A DNA stretch of 64,000 nucleotides from Longimicrobiales bacterium (GTDB lineage: Bacteria; Gemmatimonadota; Gemmatimonadetes; Longimicrobiales; Gaopeijiaceae): NCBI GenBank assembly GCA_965238005.1, contig OZ250165.1, forward strand, positions 2,496,001 through 2,560,000, given 5' to 3'. The translations under genes and the position numbers were made by a program. The stretch's first letter is position 1. Every line of letters starts with the position of its first letter. Under the pieces are notes generated by a model. It did no database searches, had not been told where the DNA came from, and saw only the letters and a list, made by a program, of their open reading frames with translations. Below are positions 49,348-61,261 of the stretch, piece after piece.

Positions 49348-50346
49348 TCAGTCGTCGGCGCGGCGGACACGGCGATCGGTCATCCCCAGGGTCGCCACTA
49401 CCTGATTGGCGGCGCCGACGGGGACCCGGAGGGGATACGCCGCGCCCGGAGGCGTCACGCCCCGGATGAGCTGAGGGTTCAGCTCGTACATGCGCTCCGC
49501 CGACACACTCACAGACTCCGCGACATGCCGGAGTCCCGTTCCCCCCGGCGTCCAGACGATATCGTAGACATACGGCTCCGCGCGGGTGACCTCGAAGCCG
49601 TACTTCGAAGCGTGGCGGGCCAGATAGGTGGCCGCCAGGAGCTTCGGCACGTATTGGGCCGTCTCGGGTGGTAGGTGGTCCACGATCTCCCAGTACAGGC
49701 TCTCGTCCCCGACCCGCCCACCGGCATGCCGGTTGAGCGTGCGGGACACACGGGTCGGACCCGCGTTGTATGCCGCAGCCGCCAGGTACCAGGAGCCGTA
49801 GCGCTGGTGCAGCTCGTTCAGGTAGTCCAGCGCCGCGTCGGTGGCCCGCACCGGGTCGCGTCGCTCGTCCACGTACGAGTCGATCCGGAGCCCGTACGCC
49901 CGGGCCGTGGGGCTCATGAACTGCCAGACTCCTAGCGCGGAAACGTAGGATCGAGCACTCGGAACGAACCCGGACTCGATCATGGCCACGTAGATCAGCT
50001 CCTCGGGCATGCCTCGCTCGCGGAGCTTGGCCGTGATCATGTCCGAGTAGAGACCCTCCCTCGAGAGAAGCTCCTCGAAGGCCGACCTCTCCTCGGTGAC
50101 GAACCGCCGCGTCCAGAACTCGACGCGCTCGTTCACCTGCAGCGGCAACTGGGCCGATGCCAGCTCCCGCTCCATGTCGGCCAGTACGACTGGAACGACT
50201 TCGTCGCTTAACCAGCCGGAGTCGGTGGGCGGGTCATCGCCGTCGGTCACTGCCCAGCCGGCCGCTAGGAACGCCAGCGACAAGGCCAGCGCCACACCAC
50301 GGACGACTCGCCGCGGCCATCTATCGTATTTCTTCATGGAGTACAT
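49348..50346 (-). CDS. Lytic transglycosylase (MltD-like SLT domain)
   Basis: AMIESGF, ALGVWQFM, DERRDP, AAAYNAG, ETAQYVPK. Confidence 0.9.
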   Translation of the reverse strand: MYSMKKYDRWPRRVVRGVALALSLAFLAAGWAVTDGDDPPTDSGWLSDEVVPVVLADMERELASAQLPLQVNERVEFWTRRFVTEERSAFEELLSREGLYSDMITAKLRERGMPEELIYVAMIESGFVPSARSYVSALGVWQFMSPTARAYGLRIDSYVDERRDPVRATDAALDYLNELHQRYGSWYLAAAAYNAGPTRVSRTLNRHAGGRVGDESLYWEIVDHLPPETAQYVPKLLAATYLARHASKYGFEVTRAEPYVYDIVWTPGGTGLRHVAESVSVSAERMYELNPQLIRGVTPPGAAYPLRVPVGAANQVVATLGMTDRRVRRADD

Positions 50347-50479
50347 GTACCCTCCCTATTTCTTCCCTCGCACCCCTTACGGAGCGATGCCCAAGAAAGA
50401 TCCACTCCCGCCCATCCGAACCGGGTAATCGTCAGAAAAGATCCGAATTCTTTGTCTTTCGATGCGGGTGTCGGGCATA

Positions 50480-50519
50480 AAGGAAGTCCGCTCCGCAGGC
50501 AGCCCCTGCGGAGCGGACT
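50480..50519 (-). terminator. Terminator hairpin after rpmA
   Basis: 15-bp perfect stem AGTCCGCTCCGCAGG/CCTGCGGAGCGGACT. Confidence 0.7.
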
Positions 50520-50539
50520 CGATAATTTTCTGCTCGGGA

Positions 50540-50794
50540 CTACTCGCCGGGGTAGACCGAAACCGCCTTACGTCGACGGTAAGTCTCGAACGTCACCACA
50601 CCATCAGCAGTGGCGAACAAAGTGTCGTCTCTTCCGCGAGAAACGTTACGGCCCGGGTGGAAACGCGTCCCACGCTGGCGAACGATGATGCTGCCAGCGC
50701 TGACCCATTGTCCGCCGAATCGCTTTACGCCGAGCCGCTTCGAATTGCTGTCGCGGCCGTTCCGGCTCGAGCCTACGCCCTTCTTATGTGCCAT
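50540..50794 (-). CDS. rpmA: 50S ribosomal protein L27
   Basis: [24 protein letters not shown]. Confidence 0.98.
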   Translation of the reverse strand: MAHKKGVGSSRNGRDSNSKRLGVKRFGGQWVSAGSIIVRQRGTRFHPGRNVSRGRDDTLFATADGVVTFETYRRRKAVSVYPGE

Positions 50795-50832
50795 GAGATG
50801 TCCCTCGGAGAATCGCCCCGGGTGTCGGTTCG

Positions 50833-51144
50833 CTAAAGCTCGATGTCGGCGATCCGAATCTCGGTGAACTTCTGCCGATGTCCCTGCTTCCTGCGGTAGC
50901 CTTTCCTGCGTTTCCGCTTGAATACGATGATCTTCTTGTCCCTGCCGTGACGGAGCACCTCGGCGGTCACCTTGGCGCCACCTACGGTGGGCTGACCAAC
51001 GGATACCGCATCGCCGTCCGAGGTTAGCAGAACCTCGTCGAAGGAGATGGTGCTTCCCTCCTCCGCCTCCAGGGAAGGAATCCGGAGCTTTACGCCCGGT
51101 TCCGCCCGGAACTGCTTACCACCCGTCTGAAAAACCGCGTACAT
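50833..51144 (-). CDS. rplU: 50S ribosomal protein L21
   Basis: [11 protein letters not shown]...[16 protein letters not shown]. Confidence 0.98.
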   Translation of the reverse strand: MYAVFQTGGKQFRAEPGVKLRIPSLEAEEGSTISFDEVLLTSDGDAVSVGQPTVGGAKVTAEVLRHGRDKKIIVFKRKRRKGYRRKQGHRQKFTEIRIADIEL

Positions 51145-51230
51145 GCTGTACCTCGATGGCGGTGCGAACTCGTCCAATACAGCCTAAAAAGCTCATGGAA
51201 GTCCGGAGTCGGGTCAAGACGTGGCGACAC

Positions 51231-52754
51231 TCATGCGGCGGCGTATCGGGCCGTCACGTCCGTTTCTGCAGCGCCCGAGAGAATCCGGAACTCATCCTCC
51301 CTGAGCAGCGGATCATCCCTCATGTCCAGTGACAGCTTGGTATAGCGTCCCAGTCTCGGCAGGAAGTCCGGCTCGTCCTCGAGGATTCGCAGGGTCACTT
51401 CGGGATGCATCCGGATCAGGATCTCCCGCTCCTCGCCCTTGGCGGAAACTCTCCTGAGACTCCTCTCGATCTGGCGGACCACGGTTGCCGGAGTGTAGAC
51501 GCGGCCCCCGCCGTCGCAGTGATCACAGGTCTTGGTGAGGGAGTTGAAGAGAGACGGACGGACCCGCTGCCGTGTCATCTCCACCAATCCCAATCCCGAG
51601 ACCTCGAAGGCCTTGGTGCGGGCACGATCGCGCCCCAGGTGAGTCCTCAGCTCATGAAGGACACGATCGCGATTCTGCTGGGACTCCATGTCGATGAAGT
51701 CGCACACGATGATGCCCCCTATGTCCCGCAGCCGCAGCTGACGGGCGATCTCTTTCGCGGCATCCAGGTTGGTCTTGAGGATAGTGCTCTCGGCGTCCTT
51801 CTTCCCCTTGTAGCGCCCCGTATTGACGTCGATGGACACGAGCGCCTCGGTGGGCTCGATGATGATGTAGCCGCCGGAGGGCATGATCACCTTCTTCTCG
51901 AACGCCGCCTGGATCTCTTCTTCGATCCCGTGCTTGTCGAAGAGCGAGACCGAGTCCGAATAGAGCCGGACACGGCCCTTCAGGTCGGGCGCCACGCTCT
52001 TCACGTATTGGAGGATCTCGTTGTAGATCACTTTGTCGTCCACGGTGATCGACTCGAAGCGATTGCTGAAGAGGTCTCGAATCACCCCGCTGATGAGCTT
52101 CGCCTCACGGTGCAGGAGCGCCGGAGCCTTGGCACCTTCCCTCTTCTTGAGGATCTTCTTCCAGTTCGCGCTGAGGCGCTTGAACTCCTTCCTGAAGGTG
52201 TCCTCGTTGAGCTCCTCGCTCACGGTTCGGACGATGATGCCCCCGCTGTTCTTGGGCAGGATGCCCTTGGCGAGCTTGCGCAGCCGCGAGCGCTCGTCCC
52301 GATCCTCGATCTTCCGGCTGACGCCCACGTGGGACGAGCCGGGCATGTAGACGAGGAATCGACCCGGCAGCGAGACCTCGGCGGTCAGGCGAGGTCCCTT
52401 GTTACTGATGGGCTCCTTGGTGACCTGCACGATCACCTGCTGGCCCTTCTTAATGAGGTCCTGAATGGGAGGATACTTCTTCGGGCGGCGCCGTCTTCCT
52501 CCTCCACCGTCCTCCTCGTCGTCGTCACCCGTGTCGAGGTCGGCGACGTGGAGGAATCCCGCCTTGTCCGTTCCGATATCGACGAAAGCGGCCTGAATGC
52601 CGGGCAGAATCGACTCGACCTTGCCCAGATAGATGTCTCCGAGCAGACGCCCTTGATCGGGCCGGTCGAACATCAACTCGACCAACTGCTCGTCTTCCAT
52701 GAGCGCTACCCACGATTCGTGGGCTGTGGCGCTCACGAGGATTTCTCTCCTCAA
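51231..52754 (-). CDS. rng: Ribonuclease G/E family
   Basis: IYLGKV..ILPGIQAAFVDIG, KGPRLT, IDVNTG, RLRDIGGIIVCDFIDM, CDHCDG. Confidence 0.93.
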   Translation of the reverse strand: MRREILVSATAHESWVALMEDEQLVELMFDRPDQGRLLGDIYLGKVESILPGIQAAFVDIGTDKAGFLHVADLDTGDDDEEDGGGGRRRRPKKYPPIQDLIKKGQQVIVQVTKEPISNKGPRLTAEVSLPGRFLVYMPGSSHVGVSRKIEDRDERSRLRKLAKGILPKNSGGIIVRTVSEELNEDTFRKEFKRLSANWKKILKKREGAKAPALLHREAKLISGVIRDLFSNRFESITVDDKVIYNEILQYVKSVAPDLKGRVRLYSDSVSLFDKHGIEEEIQAAFEKKVIMPSGGYIIIEPTEALVSIDVNTGRYKGKKDAESTILKTNLDAAKEIARQLRLRDIGGIIVCDFIDMESQQNRDRVLHELRTHLGRDRARTKAFEVSGLGLVEMTRQRVRPSLFNSLTKTCDHCDGGGRVYTPATVVRQIERSLRRVSAKGEEREILIRMHPEVTLRILEDEPDFLPRLGRYTKLSLDMRDDPLLREDEFRILSGAAETDVTARYAAA

Positions 52755-52934
52755 TGTATTTTTCTCCTTGGTCGGCTACTCGTGGCCAATCCCGCCGGTG
52801 CGCCCAGGCTACCCCGGCCTCGTCCCTTCCCTCGTTGCGGGGAGGAGCGAAGCCGGCCGCAGCTCAGGCCCGCGTGGCGCGCGCGACGTGCGCGCGCGCG
52901 ATTGGCGAGCCAGCGGCCCGAGTGAGCTTCCCTG

Positions 52935-54153
52935 TTATGCCAGCGCCGATCCGCCGAACGTCTCCTTGACGAGCTGTCGACCGATCACCAAACGCTGGAT
53001 CTCGTTAGTTCCCTCACCGATCTCGCAAACCTTGGCGTCGCGCATCATGCGCTCCACCGGGTAGTCGGCGGTGTAACCCGCCCCACCCATGATCTGGACC
53101 GCCTTGTGCGTGGCTCGCATGGCAAGCTCGGAACAGAAGAGCTTGGCCATCGAGGCCTCCTTCGTGAATGGCTGGTCGTGATCCTTGAGCCAGGCTGCGT
53201 GGTACGTGAGGTGCTTCCCTGCTTGAATGTCCGTGGCGATATCCGCCAACTCAAACTGAATGTTCTGGAAATCCCAGATCTTTTTTCCAAACTGTTCGCG
53301 CTCGTTCGCATACCGGAGCGCCGTTTCGAACGCCCCTTCGGCCAATCCCAGAGAGAGGGCCGCGAGGCCGATCCGGCCGGCGTCGAGGGTCTTCATGAAG
53401 TTGATGAAGCCCTCTCCCTCCTCACCGAGACGATCCTCTTCAGGGACGAGCGCATCTTCTATGAGCAGCTCCCGCGTGTCGGAAGCTCTCCACCCCATCT
53501 TGTCCTCTTTCTTGCCCGCCCGCACCCCCTCGAGGAACGGAAGGTCGTCGTCGTGCCCGAAGCCGAGGGACCGGGCCCGCTCCAGATCCACCGTCGGCTT
53601 GCACACGATGAAGCTCGAGATCCCGTGAGATCCCTGATCGGGTTGGGTCACCGCCGTGACCGTAAAGATCTCTCCCACACCCGCATGTGTGATGAAGATC
53701 TTCGATCCGCTTACGCGGTACCCGCCGTTCTCCCGGACGGCCCTCGCGGTGGTTCCCCCTGCATCGGATCCCGCTCCCGGCTCCGTGAGGCCGAAGCCCC
53801 CGAGGACTTTACCGCTCGCCAGAGGGCGAACATACCGCTCCCGCTGCGCATCCGTTCCGAATGCCAGGATCGGAGACGTGCCCAACGTGGTGTGGGCGGA
53901 CACGGTGATGGCGTGGCTCGCGTCGACCTTGGCGAGCTCCTCGACCACGAGAATGTAACTCAAGTAGTCGCGTCCCATACCCCCGAGCTCCCGGGGGACG
54001 GGCACTCCCAGGAGCCCCATGTCCCCCATCGCCTTGACCGTCTCCCAGGGGAACTCGTTCGACTCGTCGGCATCCCTCGCGATGGGTGCGATGGCCTCGC
54101 GGGCGAACGCCCGTACCTCTTTCACGAGGCAGTCGTGCTCTTCCGACAGATAT

Positions 54154-54161
<8 letters not shown>
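52935..54161 (-). CDS. Acyl-CoA dehydrogenase (short/branched-chain type)
   Basis: FGLTEPGAGSDA, GSKIFIT, REQFGK, RDAKVCEIGEGTNEIQR. Confidence 0.93.
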
Positions 54162-55710
<1,549 letters not shown>

Positions 55711-55751
55711 GCGGGACCGTCGCCCGAGCGAGTGGGCACCTCAATGACGGT

Positions 55752-55937
55752 TCAGGCCCCCAGATCCTCCTCCTCTTCCGTCGGGTCTCGGTCCGGCGTG
55801 TAGCTCACCGCAATGCCAACGAGGAGCACGACCAGAGCCACCGTCACCAGCCAGGCGGCCTCCAGGAAGATGCCGCCCAAGCCGAGCACCGCGCCGATCC
55901 CGAAAAGCCGAATCCGCCACTCGAGAAGCCGTGCCAT
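55752..55937 (-). CDS. Small hypothetical membrane protein
   Basis: 61 aa, two hydrophobic helices, coupled to the upstream stop (TGATG). Confidence 0.6.
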   Translation of the reverse strand: MARLLEWRIRLFGIGAVLGLGGIFLEAAWLVTVALVVLLVGIAVSYTPDRDPTEEEEDLGA

Positions 55938-56698
55938 CAGTGGCCCAGAAACCGTCGGACGCCCTCCCGACAGGCCTCGGTCCGGCGAGCGATGGCGTTC
56001 ACCTCCGAGCCCTTCGTGATGGCCTCTTCGAAGCCGGCCTCGTCCAGCTCGTAGAGCAGGCCCTTGGAGAGCTCCAACGCCGACGCCGGCTTCTGGGCGA
56101 GCGCCTCGAGGAACCGGGATGCGCCGGCCTCGAAATCGGCGGCCCCGAAGACTCGGTTGACCAGCCCGATCTGCCCTGCCCTCTCGGCCGAGATCCGCTC
56201 GCCCGTGGTCAAGAGCTCGAAGGCAACGGATTCCGTGACCTTGCGCCGCAAGATCGCCATGACCATGGCCGGGACGAAGCCGAGATTGACCTCCGGATAG
56301 CCGAACTCCGCGTCGTCGCTGGCCAGAACCAGGTCGCACGCGGTGGCCAGCCCGCAGCCGCCTGCCAAGGCCCGTCCGTGGACCACGGCGACGATGGGCT
56401 TGGGATGACGCCGCATCTGGATGAAGAGATTGCCGAGGGTCATGGCGTCGGCCACGCTCGCCTCGTGGCCCAGGTCGAGGGTCCGCTCCAGCTCTGCCAG
56501 GTCCGCCCCTGCACAGAAGTCCTCCCCCGCGCCCCGGATGGCGATGACGCGGACCGCGTCGTCGTCCGATGCACCGTGGAGTGCCTCCGCCAGCGCAGAC
56601 ATGAGCTCACCGTTCAAGGCGTTCCGCTTCTCCGCACGGTTGAGCGTCAACCGGCAGATCCCGTCCGAGACGTGCACCTCCAAGATCGAGGACGTCAT
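55937..56698 (-). CDS. Enoyl-CoA hydratase family (methylglutaconyl-CoA hydratase-like)
   Basis: LNRAEKRNAL, FCAGADL, ALAGGCGLATACD, YPEVNLGFVPA. Confidence 0.88.
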   Translation of the reverse strand: MTSSILEVHVSDGICRLTLNRAEKRNALNGELMSALAEALHGASDDDAVRVIAIRGAGEDFCAGADLAELERTLDLGHEASVADAMTLGNLFIQMRRHPKPIVAVVHGRALAGGCGLATACDLVLASDDAEFGYPEVNLGFVPAMVMAILRRKVTESVAFELLTTGERISAERAGQIGLVNRVFGAADFEAGASRFLEALAQKPASALELSKGLLYELDEAGFEEAITKGSEVNAIARRTEACREGVRRFLGH

Positions 56699-57087
56699 GA
56701 GGGCTTCTCGCCTTCGGCGGCGGGGGCTCGTCCCCGACCTCGTACGGCCTCCGCGACCTCGGCGGGCACGTCGACCTCCAAGCGGAGCAGCGCCGTGCTG
56801 AAGACCTTCCCCTGAGCGTCGTTCATGAGAGACATGGTGCCTCCCCCGTCGAGGGCGTTGTGCAGCAGGAAGTTGAGGGCGCCGAGGTTGGGCAGCTCGA
56901 AGCGCTCCACTGGGCCGAGCACCATCTCGCCGAAATGCTCCTTCACGCGCTCCACCGTCACAACCTCCTTGAGGAGCTCGTAGTGGCTCGGATCGTAGGC
57001 GATCACGCCCACGTTGGCCGTGTCGCCCTTGTCACCGGAGCGGGCATGCGCAAGGTCGACGAGCTGGATCCGCGAGGGCCTAGACAT
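56695..57087 (-). CDS. AtuA C-terminal-like small protein
   Basis: [30 protein letters not shown]...DAQGK. Confidence 0.8.
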   Translation of the reverse strand: MSRPSRIQLVDLAHARSGDKGDTANVGVIAYDPSHYELLKEVVTVERVKEHFGEMVLGPVERFELPNLGALNFLLHNALDGGGTMSLMNDAQGKVFSTALLRLEVDVPAEVAEAVRGRGRAPAAEGEKPS

Positions 57088-58456
57088 CAAAGACCTCCAC
57101 CGTCAGATGAGGCTCCACCGCTTCCTTCTCGATCAGGGCCGGCCAATACGCCATGATCTCCTGAACACGAGGTCTGCCCCCGGCGAAACCCGTCACCGAG
57201 GGAGGCCCCGTCAGGACCAGAGGCGCGATCTCCCGCGTGAAGCGCTCCACCGCCGCCCGGTCCCTCCCTCGCACTCCCACGCGAAGCTGCAGCTCGGGCA
57301 GATCCGCAGGCGGCGGCCCGGCCAGAGCGCCGTGTGTCGAGTCCCAGCCCACCAGCTCCGTGCGCACCTCCAGAACGAGGCCGAGGCGTTCCAGACGCTC
57401 CCGGAGCACCCGGTCGGCCGCCCGGGCCTTGGCGGCCGCGTCGGGCCAGGCGTACGTCAGGGTGCCCACGGCCTTGAAGCCGTCGGAATAAGCGATGGAC
57501 ACCTTCATGAACTCCGTGGCCTCTCGGCCCCGGACTCCTTTGATCCGGACCCGGTCCTCGCCCTCGTCCTCGAGCTCGATGGTGGTGAAGTCGGCGACGA
57601 CGTCCGGAGTGATGTACGTCCGGGGATCTCCCATCTCGTAGACGATCTGCTCGGTGACCGTGCCCCGGGTGACCCGACCGCCCGATCCGTCGTTCTTGGT
57701 CACCACGAAAGTGCCGTCGGCGTTGGCCTCGATGATGGGAAAGCCGACTTCGGCCAGGTTCGGGACGGACCACCAGTCGATGAGGCAATTCCCGCCGGTA
57801 CATTGAGCGCCGCATTCGTTGATGTGCCCCGCCACCACTCCGGAGGCCAAGCGGTCCCAGTCGTCCAGGGCCCACCCGAACTCGTGGATCATGGGTCCGT
57901 ATTTAAGGGCCGTGTCGGTGGAGCGGCCCGTCACCACCACATCGGCTCCTAGACCGAGAGCCTGCAGGATGGGTCGGGCGCCCATGTAGACGTTGGCGCT
58001 CTGCACCCGATCACGGATGGCTCAGAGGGGCTCGTCCGTCTCCATGTTGCGGAGCTGATGGCCGTCGGCGAGGAACCCGTCGAGCCGGTCCATGAGGTCG
58101 TCGCCCACGACCATGCCCACGGTGGCCTTCCCTCCGACTCCGGCCTCCCGTCCCGCCTCGACCAGGGCCTCCGCACACCCGCGAGGATTCACGCCACCGG
58201 CGTTGGTGATCACCGTGATCTCTCGCTCCACGCACGTCGGGAAGATCCGGCGCATCAGGGGCACGAAGTCCCGGGCGTACCCGGCCGACGGGTCCCGGGC
58301 GCGTTGCTTCTGCAAGATGGACATGGTGACCTCGGCCAGGTAGTCCATCATGAGGTAGTCGATGGGGCCGCCCTCCACCTGGCGCACGGGCGCCTCGGGA
58401 TCGTCGCCCCAGAAGCCCTGTCCCGAGGCGATGCGTACGAGGTCCCCCTCAGCCAT
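57080..58456 (-). pseudogene. Acyclic terpene utilisation AtuA family (DUF1446) protein with an in-frame TGA
   Basis: [44 protein letters not shown] at 58022-58024, frame continues. Confidence 0.85.
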
Positions 58457-60215
58457 GGTCCGGCCCCGCAGCCCCCTCGAGGTTTGAGGTGGGGGGCCCC
58501 GCGTCCAAGTGGAAGGGTCCCAAATGGGGGCCCGGGTTGTTGAGGGCGGCCCTCAGGAGATGGATCAACGCCGGCCGGAGCTCCTCGGGCAGCACGATCT
58601 CATCGACGAAGCCCCGGGCCGCCGCGAAGCGGGCGTCGAGCTGCCGGTCGTAGTCCGCGCGAACCTCGTCCATGCGGGTGCTGAGGTCTTCGTCGGGCAC
58701 CTCCCCCTTGGCCTTGAGTTCCTCGAGCTGCCGACTGAAGAGCGCCATCACGGCGCTGTCTCCCTCCATCACGCCCATGCGGCCGGTCGGGAGAGACAGG
58801 ATGAAGTCCGGATCGAATCCCTGCCCGGCCATGGCGTATTAGCCCGCGCCCGATGCGTGGTTCAGGGTGAGTACGAGCTTGGGCACGGTGGCAGTGGCCA
58901 TGGCCTCCACGAAGCGGGCCCCGGCGCGGATGATCCCCGAGTGCTCGGCCTCGGGTCCGACCATGAAGCCCGACACGTCCTGGACGAACAGAATTGGCGT
59001 CCGTTGGCGGTTCATGGTCTCGATGAAATACGCCACCTTCTCGGCACTCTCCGTATAGATGATCCCCCCGAAGCGGGGCGGGCCGGGCCGATCGTCCTGG
59101 ATCACGGTCCGCGCGTTGGCGATGACGCCCAAGGGCATCCCTCCGATGAACCCCATCCCGCAGATCATCTCGGCGGCATGGTCGGGCTGGAACTCGTCGA
59201 GCGCCTCCCCGTCGAGAATGCACGCCAGCACGGCACGCATGTCGTAGGGCTGACGGTGGTCCGCCGGGAGGAGATCATAGAGGTCCACAGGGTCACGAGC
59301 AGGGGGTGAGCCTCCTCCTCCTCCTCCTCCTCCTCCTCCTCCTCCTCCTCCTCCTCCTCCTGCTTCTGCTCCTGCTCCCGCTCCCCGAGTGGGAATACGT
59401 GTGGACGGGTCCCCGGGCAGCTCGTAGATCAGCCTCCGGAGCTTGGTCAAACAAGTCTGGTCGTCCGGCATCATGTAGTGGGCGACGCCGCTCACCTCGG
59501 TATGCACCCGGGCGCCGCCCAGCTCCTCCGAATCCACCGTCTGCCCCGTCGCCCCTTTCACGAGGTTCGGCCCCCCGAGGCCCATGAAGCTCGTCCCCTC
59601 CACCATGAGGATGACGTCGGAGAGGGCGGGCAGGTATGCGCCGCCTGCGATACACGGTCCCATGACCGCTGCGAGCTGGGGAATCCCCAGATAGCGGCGC
59701 ATGATGGAGTTGTAGTAGAAGATGCGAGCGGCCCCGTACTGCCCCGGAAACACGCCGCTCTGGTACGGCAGATTCACTCCAGCGGAGTCCACGAGATACA
59801 CGATGGGGATGCGGCAACGCATGGCGATCTCCTGGGCCCGGAGCATCTTTGTGATGGTCTCGGGCCACCAGGATCCCGCCTTGACGGTGGCGTCGTTTGC
59901 CACGACCACGACCTCACGCCCTTCGACAACGCCCACCCCCGTCACCACGCCTGCTCCGGGAGCCTGGCCGTCGTACTGGTCATAGGCCACGAGCATGCCG
60001 ACCTCGACCCAGGTGCTCCCGGAGTCCAGCAGCCGCCCCACCCGCTCGCGGGCCGTCAGCTTGCCCTGGTCGTGCTGGCGTTGGATCCGTTTGGGGCCAC
60101 CCCCTTGGAGGAGCGCCGAACGAAGCTCCGTGAGCTCTTCCGCCAGCGTGGCGAGGCGACCCTGGCCCAGGGTGGTCCGAGAATCCTCGGTCGTCGCGTC
60201 CCCGGGTTGGGTCAC
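58449..60215 (-). pseudogene. Acyl-CoA carboxylase carboxyltransferase (MccB/LiuB-like) with an in-frame TAA
   Basis: GKLTARER, ANDATVKAG, CIAGGAY, EELGGA, GAG*YAMAG (TAA at 58839-58841), frame continues. Confidence 0.88.
59311..59361. repeat. (CCT)17 microsatellite encoding a poly-Gly linker
   Basis: Perfect trinucleotide run inside the carboxyltransferase inter-domain region. Confidence 0.95.
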
Positions 60216-60216
60216 G

Positions 60217-60636
60217 TCAGACCCTTTCCTCGCGTGTAGTGAACCAATCACGGACGTACGCCACGGCGTCGGCGGTGGACGTGCCGGGGCCGAAAAGCTT
60301 CCCCACGCCCTGCCCCGAGAGCGCGTGCATGTCCCCCTCGGAGATGATTCCGCCCCCGGTGAGGAGCATGTGGTCCGCGCCCTCTTCCCTGAGCAGCTCC
60401 AGGACCCTCGGAAAGAGCGTCATGTGGGCCCCCGACAGGACTGACAAGGCTACCACATCCACGTCCTCCTGGACGGCGGCATTTACGATCATCTCGGGCG
60501 TCTGATGGAGACCCGTGTAGATGACCTCGAAACCGGCGTCCCTGAAGGACGCGGCGATGACCTTGGCCCCGCGGTCGTGGCCATCCAACCCAGGCTTGGC
60601 CACCAGCACTCGAATCTGTCGATCCTCCGACGACAT
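60217..60636 (-). CDS. Cobalamin-binding small subunit of an acyl-CoA mutase
   Basis: [12 protein letters not shown] (DxHxxG), SVLSGAH, GGII, FGPGT. Confidence 0.93.
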   Translation of the reverse strand: MSSEDRQIRVLVAKPGLDGHDRGAKVIAASFRDAGFEVIYTGLHQTPEMIVNAAVQEDVDVVALSVLSGAHMTLFPRVLELLREEGADHMLLTGGGIISEGDMHALSGQGVGKLFGPGTSTADAVAYVRDWFTTREERV

Positions 60637-60834
60637 GGGATTCTCCGTTTGGAATGCTCCAGGCGCGATCCCGTCTGGTCGCGCAAAGCGCTTCAAATCT
60701 ATCGGTTTGAGAGGGGTCGTCACATGTCGCTGGACAAACAGGGCATTCATGCATAACATCGGCCAGATTCAGGCCGTCGGACGGCAGTCCGGCCGCAGTG
60801 GGATTCAATCGCTCCAGTCTGGAGGAGATGATCG

Positions 60835-61257
60835 ATGGCGCGGATTCGTGTCACGCTGAAGTGGATCAAGATTCTCGACAAGCTCGAACCGTTCTTCAAG
60901 GAGACGGGAGAGTTCCGGTTCCGTTCGCATGTCTCGAGTGAGAACAGTGGCGGTCTCTCGGAGGAGACCCGCTTCCCCGAGGAGGGTCACTACTCCCTCT
61001 CGGACAAGCCAGGCTGGAATTTCGTCACTCTGAACAAGGTGCTGTTCGAGGGCGATGTGGAGGACCACCTGGTCGTCGATCTGTTCGGCGAAGAGATCGA
61101 CGTCCTCTCCGCCAACGACGAGCTCGATCGGTACCGCAGGGAGTTCAAGGGACCGGTCGACGACTGGGCAGGACTCTACGAGCCTGCGGACGAGGGATCG
61201 TCGGATCCGGAAGCCATGTCCAACTGGCGCATCAGCTACATCATAGAGAGACTCTGA
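60835..61257 (+). CDS. Hypothetical acidic beta-rich protein
   Basis: 140-aa ORF with GGAGGAG RBS and genome-like codon usage; no recognised family. Confidence 0.75.
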   Translation: MARIRVTLKWIKILDKLEPFFKETGEFRFRSHVSSENSGGLSEETRFPEEGHYSLSDKPGWNFVTLNKVLFEGDVEDHLVVDLFGEEIDVLSANDELDRYRREFKGPVDDWAGLYEPADEGSSDPEAMSNWRISYIIERL

Positions 61258-61261
61258 GTCC

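Noticed and set aside
58022..58841. Stop-codon recoding (Sec, Pyl or alternative code) to explain the in-frame stops
   Set aside because: The interrupting stops are of all three types (TAG 4412, TAG 46424, TGA 58022, TAA 58839), none is at an evident catalytic Cys, and all three codons terminate normal genes here.
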